A DNA stretch of 64,000 nucleotides from Candidatus Tayloriibacteriota bacterium (GCA_016215405.1 JACRJQ010000006.1:481-64480); one strand, 5' to 3'. Counted from the stretch's first letter, positions 27,622 to 37,726 are shown. Translations and numbers: made by a program. The notes: generated from the letters alone by a model not told the origin.

Positions 27622-28191
27622 CTATTTAAGGAGAAGGTCGACCCTGCCGTTATCGTAAGACGCCCCTACGACCCTGTGTAACGGGACCTGGACGAGGTAA
27701 TCGGCCGCCTTCGAATATCGAGGTTCGAGCGCAAGGGCCCTTTCAGTCTGCCCGTCGAGCTCCCTCGCCGCGAAGTAGGAGTCGCCGGAAGCGTATCCTA
27801 TGAGCGTGTACCTCGATCGAGAGTGCTTGTACACCTCGAAGAGAGATCCTTCCTCGAAACGGCTCACAGGAATGCCGCGCAGAAGCGATTGATACAGCGA
27901 AGCCGCGTCCCGCTCGATCAACCTTTCAGGGATGAAAAAATAGGCGCCGCCCGAAAGCATGTTCGAGCTCTTGAAAGATTCGATCGGACCGAGCTCTCGC
28001 AGCCCCTTCTCCCTCCTAAGGCTCGGGCCTATCTGGGATATCGACTCGACCGATACCATCGCCCCGTGAAGCGACAGAGGACCCGTCGCGCGAAGGTCGC
28101 CTTCGTCTGCCGGCTCTTCCGGCCAAAAGAGATATGCGGCGGCCGCAAGGGCGAGAAGGACCGCGACCGATGCGAGCGAGCGCTTCGACAT
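27622..28191 (-). CDS. Hypothetical membrane-anchored protein
   Basis: N-terminal signal/anchor MSKRSLASVAVLLALAAAAYLFW; directly downstream of lysS. Confidence 0.5.
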   Translation of the reverse strand: MSKRSLASVAVLLALAAAAYLFWPEEPADEGDLRATGPLSLHGAMVSVESISQIGPSLRREKGLRELGPIESFKSSNMLSGGAYFFIPERLIERDAASLYQSLLRGIPVSRFEEGSLFEVYKHSRSRYTLIGYASGDSYFAARELDGQTERALALEPRYSKAADYLVQVPLHRVVGASYDNGRVDLLLK

Positions 28192-28192
28192 C

Positions 28193-29659
28193 TTAATCTT
28201 TCTTAGGCCTCATAGTCGGGAAGAATATGACCTCCTTTATGTTCTTGGTGTCGGTAAGGAGCATCACGAGCCGATCTATGCCGATGCCCACCCCGCCCGC
28301 GGGCGGCATGCCGTATTCGAGAGCCTCGATGAACTCTTCGTCGTTAGGCTGCGCCTCCTGGTCGCCCGCCTTCGCGTTCTCCTCTTCTTTCTTGAACCTC
28401 TCCCTCTGATCGATCGGATCGTTGAGCTCCGAGAACGCCTTCACGAGCTCCATCCCGCCTATGACGAGCTGGAACGCGTCGACGACGGAAGGGTCTTTTT
28501 CGGACCTTTTCGCGAGCGGGAGCATCCCTACCGGATAGTCCGTGATGAACGTAGGCGCTAGAAGAGACGGCCTCGATACCTTTTTATATATATTGTCTAT
28601 GATCCTCTCACGCGAATCGGCGGGGTCTACCTTTATGCCGAGCTTCGCCGCCTTAGCATCGACCTCCTCTTTAGGGGACGAGACTGGGTCTATGCCGGCG
28701 TCCCTCTTCACGAGATCCCTATAGGTGATGCGGGCAAAGGGCTCGGCCAGACTTATCGAAGAATCGCCCGATGGGACGAGAGGCGCGCCTAAGACGGCGG
28801 CGACAAGCTCCTTTATCATAGCCTCGACGAAATCCATCTGGCGGGCGGCGGTCGAGAAAGCCTCGTAGAACTCGAGCATCGTGAATTCGGGATTATGGGT
28901 CACGTCGATCCCTTCGTTCCTAAAGTTCCTGCCGATCTCATAGACCTTCGGAAAGCCTCCGATGAGGAGCTTCTTGAGGTAGAGCTCTGGCGCGATGCGC
29001 AGATAGAGGTCTATATCGAGGGCGTTGTGATGCGTGAGGAATGGTGCCGCGTTCGTGCCGCCGGCGAGCGGCTGCAGCTGCGGAGTCTCGACCTCGAGGT
29101 AGCCCGCGCGGTCGAGTATGGACCTGAGGACCGTCACTGTCTTTGAGCGGATATAGAACCTCGTCCTCACCTCGTCCGACATGACCGTATCGAGATAGCG
29201 CTTCCTGAACCTCTCCTCGACGTCTTGCAGGCCGTTCCATTTCTCGGGCAGTGGGCGCAAAGACTTCGAGAGCATCCTCCAGCTCTTCGCGAGGATGCTC
29301 CTCTCCCCCTTCTGGGTGACGAAGAGCTCGCCTGTGACGCCTATCGTGTCTCCGATATCCGCCGCGGCAGAGAAGAGCTTGAAGAGCTCGGCGTCTATGG
29401 AGTCTTTCTTGAGGACCGCCTGGAAGGTCGCCGTGCCGTCGAAAAGAGGAACGAAGAGTATCGCGCCTTGGCCGCGTATGGCCATAACCCTGCCCGCGAC
29501 CGACACGTCGCCCTTGCCCGAAAGCTCGTCGAAGCGCGCCTTAAGCTCTGAGAGCTCGAGGTCGCGAGGGGTTTCTATGGGGTACGGATTCATTCCCGCC
29601 TTTTGGAGGATGGCGAGCTTGGCGAGCCTTCCCTGCCTTATCTCTTCGAGTGATGCCAT
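28193..29659 (-). CDS. lysS: Lysine--tRNA ligase (class II)
   Basis: N-terminal OB-fold domain; class II motifs including FRNEGIDVTHNPEFTMLEFY and GGVGIGIDRLVMLLT. Confidence 0.9.
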   Translation of the reverse strand: MASLEEIRQGRLAKLAILQKAGMNPYPIETPRDLELSELKARFDELSGKGDVSVAGRVMAIRGQGAILFVPLFDGTATFQAVLKKDSIDAELFKLFSAAADIGDTIGVTGELFVTQKGERSILAKSWRMLSKSLRPLPEKWNGLQDVEERFRKRYLDTVMSDEVRTRFYIRSKTVTVLRSILDRAGYLEVETPQLQPLAGGTNAAPFLTHHNALDIDLYLRIAPELYLKKLLIGGFPKVYEIGRNFRNEGIDVTHNPEFTMLEFYEAFSTAARQMDFVEAMIKELVAAVLGAPLVPSGDSSISLAEPFARITYRDLVKRDAGIDPVSSPKEEVDAKAAKLGIKVDPADSRERIIDNIYKKVSRPSLLAPTFITDYPVGMLPLAKRSEKDPSVVDAFQLVIGGMELVKAFSELNDPIDQRERFKKEEENAKAGDQEAQPNDEEFIEALEYGMPPAGGVGIGIDRLVMLLTDTKNIKEVIFFPTMRPKKD

Positions 29660-29694
29660 TGGATTAGAGTAACGATAACATGCTAAGGATACAA

Positions 29695-29722
29695 GAAAAA
29701 ACCGGCGAAGGCCACCGGTTTT
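29695..29722 (-). terminator. Rho-independent terminator after greA
   Basis: The minus strand reads aaccgg-tggccttcg-ccggtt followed by tttttt. Confidence 0.6.
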
Positions 29723-29747
29723 CCCTTATCGGCGCGAGAGCGCTTTG

Positions 29748-30215
29748 CTATTCGACGGATACGATCTTGTACTTCGTATCGCCCTTCGGAGTCTTTACAG
29801 ACACTGAATCGCCCTTCCTTTTTCCCATGAGGACCGATCCTAGAGGAGACGCGTTCGAGATCTTGCCCTCGAGGGTGTTGACCTCGTCGGAGCCTACGAT
29901 CTTGAACTTCTGGACGCCCTTCGCGCCCGCCTTCTCGACGGAGACGGTAGAGCCCATGGTGACGACGTCGCCGTGAGCCTCGCGGACGATCTCGGCGGTC
30001 TTGAGGGTGTTCTCGATGGAAGCGATGCGGTCCTCTATGGTCGCCTGGAGCTCACGCGCTTCTTGGTACTCGGCGTTCTCGGAAAGGTCGCCGAGAGAGC
30101 GGGCATACTCGAGGTTCTGTGCGACCTCCTTTCGGCGCACGGTTTTGAGGACGGTAAGCTCCTTTTCGAGCTCGTCATACTTCTCTTTCGTGAGGTATTT
30201 TGTCGTATCCGGCAT
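29748..30215 (-). CDS. greA: Transcription elongation factor GreA
   Basis: YLTKEKYDELEKELTVLK...SLGDLSENAEYQEARE...PLGSVLMGKRKGDSV. Confidence 0.9.
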   Translation of the reverse strand: MPDTTKYLTKEKYDELEKELTVLKTVRRKEVAQNLEYARSLGDLSENAEYQEARELQATIEDRIASIENTLKTAEIVREAHGDVVTMGSTVSVEKAGAKGVQKFKIVGSDEVNTLEGKISNASPLGSVLMGKRKGDSVSVKTPKGDTKYKIVSVE

Positions 30216-30244
30216 GGAAACTGGGGTTATATTTAATGCGTGGA

Positions 30245-30273
30245 ATCATACCACGAAACCCGAACGATAACAA
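30245..30273 (-). promoter_or_regulatory. Putative greA promoter
   Basis: The minus strand reads TTGTTA, a 17-nt spacer, then TATGAT, about 30 nt upstream of the greA ATG. Confidence 0.45.
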
Positions 30274-30321
30274 AGCTCTAAGCGAGGGCGATCCCTCGAT
30301 ACTATCCGGCAGGCCCTCGAG

Positions 30322-32016
30322 CTATTTAAGATATTCCGAACCCGTGGCGTTCATCCAATCGAGGAGCTCCCTCATGACGAACGTGGCTCCGTAGACGTTG
30401 GCGCGAGGGCCATGCTCCATCATCACGATAAAGGCGTATTTCGGAGACCTGTAAGGAAAGAACCCGGTCACCCAAGAGTTAACGAACGCCTTCGATACGC
30501 CGAGCTCTGCGGTACCGGTCTTGGCGGCCACGTCTACATAAGGCACGTTGAGCCCGGAGGCCGTTCCCGACTGGGCAGCGAGCCTCATCCCCTCCCTCGC
30601 TATTTCGAGATGGCCGGGATCGATCCGGACATCCTTTCCCGCCGCTGGAGTCGAGGTCGACGACTTGAGGATCGAAGGCTCGATGTATAACCCCCCGTTC
30701 GCTATCGCGGCGACGGCGCGGAGCATCTGAAGCGGCGTGACCTGGAAGCCGTATTGGCCGATAGAGGTGAAATACGTGTCGCCGATCCTCCACGGATCTC
30801 CAGGGAACACCTTCTCCTTCCATTCAGGGGTCGGCACGGTCCCGCCCGGACCGGAGAAGAATCCGGTCTCGCTCTTGCTTCCGAGGCCGAATCTCTGGAA
30901 ATACGCGGCGAGCTTGCCTATGCCGAGGCCTTTCTGATCTTCGAATCCCCCGCCGACCTCGTAGAAGTAGACGTTCGAGGAGACGGCGATCGCCTTCCTC
31001 ATGTCGACGAGGCCGTGCGCCTTCCAGTCGCTGAAGGTGGTCTTTCGCGTCTTGTCGTATGGGTTCTGGATCGATATGGATCCGGTCGAGAGTATCTGCT
31101 TCTCTGGATCGATGATCCCCTCTTCGAGGGCGGCGATCGCGACCAAGGGCTTTACGATCGATCCGGGGGTATAAAGGCCGCCGGTCACGCGGTTGAGGAA
31201 CGGCTTGCGGGAGCTCTTGAGATAATCCGCGATGATATCTGAATCGCCGCCGTCGGTCATGACCGAGCTCTTGTATTCAGGATAGCTCGTAAGAGCGATC
31301 GTCTCCCCTGTCTCGATATCCATGATCATCCCTCCGCCTCCGCTGAAACCCACCCTCTCCGCGAGGCCTGCTATAGATTCGTAGAGCTTCTTCTGGACGG
31401 ACGCGTCTATCGAGAGCGAGAGGTTCTCTCCGTCCTTTGCCGGACGGATAACGGACTCCGATTCGACCTCTCCTAGGGCGTTCTTCTGCAAGATCTTGAG
31501 CCCGTGGCTCCCCTGAAGCAGGCTATCCCAATGCTTCTCGACGCCCGCGACGCCTTCGTAATCTGTCCTGTAGTAGAAGCCCTTCGAATCCTTCGCCGGG
31601 TATCTGATATAGCCGAGGACATGCCCGAAGCCAGGATCTTTCGTGTATACGCGCCTGGCGAAATCCGGGTCTTTCTCGTTTATGGCGTTCCAAGCGAGCT
31701 TTACGCCGTTGCGATCGAAGACCGCTCCGCGCTCTGCGAATATGACGGTCTCTCTGAGGATATTGTTCTCGCTTATCGCGGCGTATTCTGCGCCGTCCTT
31801 CGCCTGCAGGGACCACGCCTTGCCGAGGAGGACGAGGAGCACGAGCGCGAACGCGGAGCCCATGATCACGATCGAGGTCATGGAGATCGGCTTTTCCATG
31901 CGGCCCTCGAACTGATGCACGTCGAAATCTGGGAGATTCTTCGAATCGAGGAATATCTCGTCAGGGTCGATCTCATGCCTTATGCAAGACTTCGTGCGTC
32001 GAAAAAGATGGTTCAC
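30322..32016 (-). CDS. mrdA: Peptidoglycan D,D-transpeptidase, class B PBP (PBP2/MrdA-like)
   Basis: N-terminal TM; SxxK (GSIVKPL), SSN and KTGTAE motifs; lies close to mreBCD. Confidence 0.8.
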   Translation of the reverse strand: MNHLFRRTKSCIRHEIDPDEIFLDSKNLPDFDVHQFEGRMEKPISMTSIVIMGSAFALVLLVLLGKAWSLQAKDGAEYAAISENNILRETVIFAERGAVFDRNGVKLAWNAINEKDPDFARRVYTKDPGFGHVLGYIRYPAKDSKGFYYRTDYEGVAGVEKHWDSLLQGSHGLKILQKNALGEVESESVIRPAKDGENLSLSIDASVQKKLYESIAGLAERVGFSGGGGMIMDIETGETIALTSYPEYKSSVMTDGGDSDIIADYLKSSRKPFLNRVTGGLYTPGSIVKPLVAIAALEEGIIDPEKQILSTGSISIQNPYDKTRKTTFSDWKAHGLVDMRKAIAVSSNVYFYEVGGGFEDQKGLGIGKLAAYFQRFGLGSKSETGFFSGPGGTVPTPEWKEKVFPGDPWRIGDTYFTSIGQYGFQVTPLQMLRAVAAIANGGLYIEPSILKSSTSTPAAGKDVRIDPGHLEIAREGMRLAAQSGTASGLNVPYVDVAAKTGTAELGVSKAFVNSWVTGFFPYRSPKYAFIVMMEHGPRANVYGATFVMRELLDWMNATGSEYLK

Positions 32017-32129
32017 GGGACTATTCTACCATCTTTACGGTCCTGAAAAGCCATTACGCAAGGCCGTTTGGAACGCCTCAACCGATCGAGGCGTTTCCTC
32101 CCCGGCTGCGGGCCGGTTATAGTGAAGCG

Positions 32130-32924
32130 ATGCAACGGATAAAGAGCTTCGCGAGCGAGCTCGCTGTATTCGGGATAAAGGAGGCCAGGTCGGCGATATT
32201 CGCCGGATCCTTTTTCGCGCTCCTCTTCCTGTCGAACCATATCCCTCTCGGAGGGCTTCCCCGCTACGACTTCCTCTTCATCGCCGCGATAGCGATACAG
32301 GTCGTCCTCTATCTCGCGAAGCTCGAGACGAAGGACGAGATAAAGACGATATTCCTTTTCCATGTGATCGGCCTCGTCCTCGAGCTCTACAAGACCCACC
32401 CATCCATAGGGTCGTGGAGCTACCCCGAAGACGCGTTCCTAAAGATCGGCACGGTGCCTCTCTATAGCGGATTCATGTACGCCGCGATCGGAAGCTATAT
32501 CGCTCAGGCATGGAAGATATTCAGGCTCGAGCTCGTGAGCCCTCCGAGCTACGCGTGGAGCGTCGTCCTGTGCGCGACCATCTACGCGAATTTCTTTACG
32601 AACCATTTTCTCCCCGACGCGAGGCTCCTCCTCATCCCCGCCGTATTCATATTCTTCGGAAAGACCGACGTCAGATTCACGGCCAAAGACAAGGAGCGGT
32701 CTATGCCCCTCTCGCTCTCCTTCATCCTCATCGCCTTCTTCATCTGGATAGCGGAGAACGTCTCTACCTTCTACGGGGCGTGGCAGTATCCCGACCAGAT
32801 CCACGCCTGGAGCGCGGTATCGGCCCAAAAGATCACCTCGTGGTTCCTCATGGTCATAATCTCCTTCATCATCGTCGCGTATCTAAAGCACTTTAAGGCC
32901 GCGCATAAGCGCCCCGAGGCCTGA
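32130..32924 (+). CDS. DUF817-like polytopic membrane protein
   Basis: A 264-aa protein with about 8 TM helices; the family assignment comes from overall pattern recall only. Confidence 0.5.
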   Translation: MQRIKSFASELAVFGIKEARSAIFAGSFFALLFLSNHIPLGGLPRYDFLFIAAIAIQVVLYLAKLETKDEIKTIFLFHVIGLVLELYKTHPSIGSWSYPEDAFLKIGTVPLYSGFMYAAIGSYIAQAWKIFRLELVSPPSYAWSVVLCATIYANFFTNHFLPDARLLLIPAVFIFFGKTDVRFTAKDKERSMPLSLSFILIAFFIWIAENVSTFYGAWQYPDQIHAWSAVSAQKITSWFLMVIISFIIVAYLKHFKAAHKRPEA

Positions 32925-32975
32925 ACCTTTTGCCTCGCCTCAGCCCCGCCCATCCGCCCCTTCCTCGATAACTAA

Positions 32976-33003
32976 AAATAGTTTCATGTATGATACTATT
33001 TTA
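32976..33003. repeat. AT-rich near-perfect palindrome sharing its core with the 16321 palindrome
   Basis: AAAATAGTTTCATGTATGATACTATTTT shares the core TCATxTATGATACT and the flanking AAAAT/ATTTT; it lies between convergent genes. Confidence 0.5.
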
Positions 33004-33528
33004 GTCGAATTTCCTATCCAGCTTACCTTTAGCAAGCCGCAGGATCGTGAGGGTTATATCAAGCAAGTACTTGACCGTAATGGGGTAACCTCCCGCCATC
33101 CGACCGTCATACACAGGCAAGGAATGATACTTTTCAATCTCGAACAATTGGACCACCTCGTCCTCTGTATGCGCACCTTTCTTATCCGCAACAATATGGA
33201 TTAACTGCCGACGAGTGTAAGTTTCGCCACCAACATGACAGCGAAATTCATCTAAGTATTCATCTAAGGTCGCTGTTCTATAACTTGGCGGCATCACAGG
33301 CAGGGCTCTTACTTGAAAGTCCAGATTGATTCCGCACTCCTTGCTTAGTCTTTCCAAGAGTCCATTCCCTCTTCCCTTACAAAGCAATTTTCGGAGTTCA
33401 ACAGAAAGGGGCTTTATATACGATGCGTCGCCAGCCTGTATAAGCCCAAGGTAATGATCAAGATGAGCCAGAGATTCCCGAACTTCCTTTTTTATATCTT
33501 CGCTGGATATCCTCATAAGGGTTACCAC
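33001..33528 (-). CDS. Hypothetical protein encoded in a low-GC island appended to the mre operon
   Basis: A 175-aa ORF with about 45% GC versus about 60% around it; its start overlaps the upstream gene by 7 nt; contains RRQLIH (R-x4-H). Confidence 0.5.
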   Translation of the reverse strand: MVTLMRISSEDIKKEVRESLAHLDHYLGLIQAGDASYIKPLSVELRKLLCKGRGNGLLERLSKECGINLDFQVRALPVMPPSYRTATLDEYLDEFRCHVGGETYTRRQLIHIVADKKGAHTEDEVVQLFEIEKYHSLPVYDGRMAGGYPITVKYLLDITLTILRLAKGKLDRKFD

Positions 33529-33770
33529 ACCACCCTCTTTCTTATGGCATTCGCAACGATGAATATAGCGACAGCGTAGAGCGTTGCTGCATACGAGAAG
33601 CCATGGAATCCGAGAGCAGTGCCATAGACGGCGTCCATGACGATGCCGTACGCGAGCGCTTCATAGAACTTGCCTACGACGGAGACCGCGGCAAGGACGA
33701 TAAGGGCCGTGAGCCACCACGGGAAAAAAAGCATGGAGGCTATGATCGCGATATTGAAAGCTATCCTCAT
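33522..33770 (-). CDS. Small 2-3 TM membrane protein, possibly MreD-like
   Basis: An 82-aa hydrophobic protein immediately after mreC in the mreB-mreC-X order. Confidence 0.4.
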   Translation of the reverse strand: MRIAFNIAIIASMLFFPWWLTALIVLAAVSVVGKFYEALAYGIVMDAVYGTALGFHGFSYAATLYAVAIFIVANAIRKRVVW

Positions 33771-33774
33771 GTGG

Positions 33775-34581
33775 TTAATCTACCCTCGTATCTATATCGA
33801 CCTCGACGAACCGGATCTCGTTTATATTCGCAGGCGCCTTGAAGAGCATCGTCTGCAGCGAGTCCGACGAATCGACCATTATCTTCTCGACCACGCCGAA
33901 CGTATGCGGCCTGATCTGGGGCAAGATGATCGGATCCCCTTCTTCGACGCCTATCTCGACCGGAAGCCGCGCGCTGAAATTGCCCGCTCCGCGCCCTACC
34001 GCCTGGATCTGGACTCCCGATTTTCCGAGAAGGATCGGGATGATGCGGCCCGGCGCCGAAAAGAGGTCGACCTTCGACTGATGGGCATACGCCTCCGCGA
34101 CGTCTCCGATGAGGATATCGCCTTCGGCATACACCTTGTCGCCGGCCTCTACGCCGTCGACGGACCCGATATCGATGATAAGGGTGTCGTAAGGAGACAT
34201 CGGAGGGCGCGAGAGTATCACCCCCAAGACGTCGTGACCCTCGCCCGTCCTTCCTAAGAGCGCCTTGAGGCTCTCGTTCTCGGTCCTCAGGTCGTTAAGC
34301 AAGAGGGCCGAGGCTTCGCGGGAGGCGATCTCGCGGCGCAGTCCGTCGTTCTCCTTTACGAGCGAATATTTCGAAGACGCCACCCTGGCCATATTCCCTA
34401 TCCAGCCCGTAAACCCAGATTCAGATTTCGCGAAGAGGCTCGTTATAGGCAAAAAGACGCTCGGATAGAAGCGCGGGAAGAAGTAATGGACGAGGAAAAG
34501 AACGACGAACAGGGCGACGATCCCTAGGGTCGCGAGACGGCTCTTCTTCTCGCTTACGTTACTGCGCCTTAGGTAGGTCAT
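33775..34581 (-). CDS. mreC: Rod shape-determining protein MreC
   Basis: N-terminal TM, coiled-coil and MreC beta-domains (GDILIGDVAEA..., VGRGAGNF); lies downstream of mreB. Confidence 0.8.
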   Translation of the reverse strand: MTYLRRSNVSEKKSRLATLGIVALFVVLFLVHYFFPRFYPSVFLPITSLFAKSESGFTGWIGNMARVASSKYSLVKENDGLRREIASREASALLLNDLRTENESLKALLGRTGEGHDVLGVILSRPPMSPYDTLIIDIGSVDGVEAGDKVYAEGDILIGDVAEAYAHQSKVDLFSAPGRIIPILLGKSGVQIQAVGRGAGNFSARLPVEIGVEEGDPIILPQIRPHTFGVVEKIMVDSSDSLQTMLFKAPANINEIRFVEVDIDTRVD

Positions 34582-35626
34582 CTTCGTTTTGTATGAGGAC
34601 GTCCTGGAATTTCTCGAGGTCTTCGAGGATGATGCCCGTTCCGCGCGCGACCGCCGTGAGAGGGTCGTCGGCGATATGGACAGGTATCTTCACGAAATCC
34701 TCGATGAGCTTGTCGAGCCCGCGGATGAGAGCGCCGCCGCCCACGAGATATATGCCGCGATGCATCACGTCCGCGAGGATCTCCGGAGGAGTAGTCTCGA
34801 GGACCTCCTTTACGGAATCGACGAGATTGTCTATCGATTGGGAGACGGCCTCGCGGATATCAGCATCGGTTATGACGACCTCTCGCGGAAGGCCGGTGAC
34901 GAGGTCTCGCCCGCGAATCGCCGCCTCGTGAGGCATGTTGTCTGGAACTACGACGCCTATGGCGATCTTCACGTCTTCGGCGGTCTTCTCGCCTATGAGT
35001 ATCTTGAACTCGTTCCTTATGTAGGAGATTATGTCGTTATTGAGCTTGTCGCCGGCGATCTTGAGAGACTTCGAGCGCACCACTCCGCCGAGCGAGATGA
35101 CCGCGATGTCCGACGTGCCTCCGCCGATGTCGATCACCATGTTCCCCGCAGGCTCGTGGATCGGGAGCTTTATCCCTATCGCCGCGGCCATAGGCTGCTC
35201 GACGATATGGACCTCCCGCGCGCCCGCGTTCTTTGTAGCGTCGCGCACGGCGCGCGCTTCTACGTTCGTGACGCCGGACGGGATGCCGACGATGACGCGA
35301 GGGCCGAAAAACTTCTTCTTCGTCTCTTTCTGGGACTTGTTCATGAGATAGACCATCATCTCCTCCGCGACCTCGAAGTCTGAGATGACGCCGTCGACGA
35401 GAGGCCTCACGGCAGAGATGTGGGCAGGAGTCCTGCCGAGCATGTCCTTCGCCTGGCCGCCCACGGCCACGACGCGGCCGGTCTTTTGGTTGACGGCCAC
35501 CACCGACGGCTCGTTGATGACGATTCCCTGCCCCTTTACGTATACAAGCGTGTTAGCCGTCCCGAGATCGATGCCGATATCGTGGGAGAAAGCCGTATAG
35601 AGCCTGTCTAGAAATCCTTTTGCCAT
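34559..35626 (-). CDS. mreB: Rod shape-determining actin homolog MreB
   Basis: DIGIDLGTANTLVYV, VIDIGGGTSDIAV and GIYLVGGGALIRGL motifs. Confidence 0.9.
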   Translation of the reverse strand: MAKGFLDRLYTAFSHDIGIDLGTANTLVYVKGQGIVINEPSVVAVNQKTGRVVAVGGQAKDMLGRTPAHISAVRPLVDGVISDFEVAEEMMVYLMNKSQKETKKKFFGPRVIVGIPSGVTNVEARAVRDATKNAGAREVHIVEQPMAAAIGIKLPIHEPAGNMVIDIGGGTSDIAVISLGGVVRSKSLKIAGDKLNNDIISYIRNEFKILIGEKTAEDVKIAIGVVVPDNMPHEAAIRGRDLVTGLPREVVITDADIREAVSQSIDNLVDSVKEVLETTPPEILADVMHRGIYLVGGGALIRGLDKLIEDFVKIPVHIADDPLTAVARGTGIILEDLEKFQDVLIQNEDDLPKAQ

Positions 35627-35630
35627 ATGG

Positions 35631-36887
35631 TTATCTCATCAATCTATTCTTCAATTCTTCTTTTGTCACCATAGACACGGCGCCCGTTTTGCGCTCCTTT
35701 AATTCGAGCGCGCCTCCCATAGCTAGGGTCTTGTCGGATATGACCGCGCGCAGAGGGATGCCGATGAGATCGGAATCGGCGAACTTCTCTCCGGGGCGAA
35801 GGTCGCGATCGTCGAAGAGGACCTCGACCCCGAGCTTCGAGAGCTCGCTGTAAAGGTCGACAGCCGCCTTCTCCGCATCGCTTCCCGGCTTGCCGAGAGA
35901 GACGAGGTGAAGCCTGAAAGGCGCGACCTCCTCGGGCCAGACTATGCCGTTCGCGTCGGAGAGGGTCTCGACGATGGTTCCCATGACGCGGCCGGGGCCG
36001 ATGCCGTAGGAGCCCATGATGACGGGCTTCTTGGTCCCGTCTTCGGAGACGAAGCAGAGCTCGTAGGCGTCCGAGAACTTCGTGCCGAGGCTGAATATGT
36101 TACCGACCTCGACGGCCTTCTTCTCTACGAGGTCCTCGCGCTTTACCCCGAGGTCTTTGAGCACCTCGTCGGTAAGCACCTCCTTGTTCACGGCGATCTT
36201 CTTTCCCTCGTGCACGTAGACGAGGTCTTCGCCCGCGTCGGTAACGGTCTGGAATTCGTGAGAGTATTTCGAGAAGCTGCCGCCCGAAGCGAACGTCACG
36301 TAGGTCCTCTCTCCGAGGCCGAGCCTCTGGAATATCTTCACATACGCCTGTTTCGCCTTTTCGTAGAACACGTCGTGCTCCTTTTGGTCCTTCGAGAACG
36401 AATAGAGATCCTTCATGATGAATTCGCGGCTACGCATGATGCCGGACTTCGCCCTCTCTTCGTTCCGGAACTTGGTCTGGAACTGATACGCGTACCTCGG
36501 CAAGTCGCGATACGAGTGGATGTAATCGCGCATGAGATTCGTGACAGGCTCTTCGTGAGTGATGCCGAGACCGACTTGGCTTCCGTTCTTAAGCTCGCTC
36601 TTAAACCAGATGTCTAGAACGCTTTCCGACCAGCGCCCGGTCTTCTCCCAGACCTTTTTGTCCTGAAGGGCCGTGAGGAATATCTCCTGGCCGCCGATCG
36701 CGTCCATCTCCTCGCGTATGACGCGGATGATGTTGTTCATGACGCGCAGGCCAAGGGGCATATAGGCGTACACGCCGGCCATCTCTTTGTAGATATATCC
36801 TGCGCGGATCAAAAGCTGCGCGTTCTTCGCGACTTCGTCCTTCGGCGCTTCTTTTCGGGTCTTGGTGAAGAGTTGGCTTTGGCGCAT
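35631..36887 (-). CDS. proS: Proline--tRNA ligase, short form without an editing insertion
   Basis: A 418-aa class II aaRS with ProRS motifs (FRNEERAKSGIMRSREF, GSYGIGPGRVMG) and a C-terminal anticodon-binding domain. Confidence 0.85.
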   Translation of the reverse strand: MRQSQLFTKTRKEAPKDEVAKNAQLLIRAGYIYKEMAGVYAYMPLGLRVMNNIIRVIREEMDAIGGQEIFLTALQDKKVWEKTGRWSESVLDIWFKSELKNGSQVGLGITHEEPVTNLMRDYIHSYRDLPRYAYQFQTKFRNEERAKSGIMRSREFIMKDLYSFSKDQKEHDVFYEKAKQAYVKIFQRLGLGERTYVTFASGGSFSKYSHEFQTVTDAGEDLVYVHEGKKIAVNKEVLTDEVLKDLGVKREDLVEKKAVEVGNIFSLGTKFSDAYELCFVSEDGTKKPVIMGSYGIGPGRVMGTIVETLSDANGIVWPEEVAPFRLHLVSLGKPGSDAEKAAVDLYSELSKLGVEVLFDDRDLRPGEKFADSDLIGIPLRAVISDKTLAMGGALELKERKTGAVSMVTKEELKNRLMR

Positions 36888-36953
36888 AGAAATAAAGAGG
36901 TTTGGGCTCTAATGCGCCAATAATAGCCTATATTTAAGCCGTTAGTAAGTACC

Positions 36954-36983
36954 TTGACTTTCGTGCTATTTTCGTGCTATAAT
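36954..36983 (+). promoter_or_regulatory. Strong sigma70-type promoter
   Basis: TTGACT, an 18-nt spacer, then TATAAT; the spacer contains the direct repeat ttcgtgctat twice. Confidence 0.55.
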
Positions 36984-37047
36984 ATAAAAGTAAACGATAG
37001 AGGAGCATCCCGCTTCCCAATCGTCGCACCCCGACAAAGGCACACAC

Positions 37048-37707
37048 GTGTCAAAAAGAGAAAAAATCATCTCGGAGCTCATGTTCTGGCTCCAGATGCT
37101 TGTTATCGTCGCTTTCTTCATTCCCTACCAAGTGAGCAGGATGCTTCACGAGACTGACGGCATGATCATCACGTCGTTTCTTCTCGTAGACATCTACTGC
37201 GCCTTCATGCTAAGCCTCGCGTGGAACGCCTACAAAGCGAACCCGACGAGAATAGCACGGCAGATGGTCGCGACATGGATCCTCGGCGTCGTCCTCTACA
37301 CCCTCTTCACGCTCACCTTCGCGTTCAACGCTTGCAAGCTGTGGAACCCGAACGACAACGTGAACGCCGTCAACGCGGCAATAGGAGTGATGGGGGCCCT
37401 TGCCCTGGTCCGCGCGAAAGCCTTGCCCTGGAGCCACCCGGACGTGCGGATGAACCTCGCGATCTCGTTTAGGGTGATACCTCAGACGATGCTCGCGCTC
37501 AACATCTTCGCTTCCCAAAGCTCAAAAGGCGTAGCCACAGAGTTCGTAATCTCCTTCCATGCGCTCATCGCGCTGCGGATCGCAGGGATACTCTACGCCA
37601 TCAAGGAGCACGGAACGGACCGCAATCGCCGATGCATGCTCATCTCCGAGTCGCTCGGATGGGCGAGCTGGTGCCTTGTGACGGCCGCTTGGCTGGTTCA
37701 CCGTTGA
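37048..37707 (+). CDS. Hypothetical polytopic membrane protein
   Basis: A 219-aa protein with about 6 TM helices, downstream of a consensus promoter and followed by a strong terminator. Confidence 0.55.
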   Translation: MSKREKIISELMFWLQMLVIVAFFIPYQVSRMLHETDGMIITSFLLVDIYCAFMLSLAWNAYKANPTRIARQMVATWILGVVLYTLFTLTFAFNACKLWNPNDNVNAVNAAIGVMGALALVRAKALPWSHPDVRMNLAISFRVIPQTMLALNIFASQSSKGVATEFVISFHALIALRIAGILYAIKEHGTDRNRRCMLISESLGWASWCLVTAAWLVHR

Positions 37708-37726
37708 AAACGACAAAGAACTTCGA

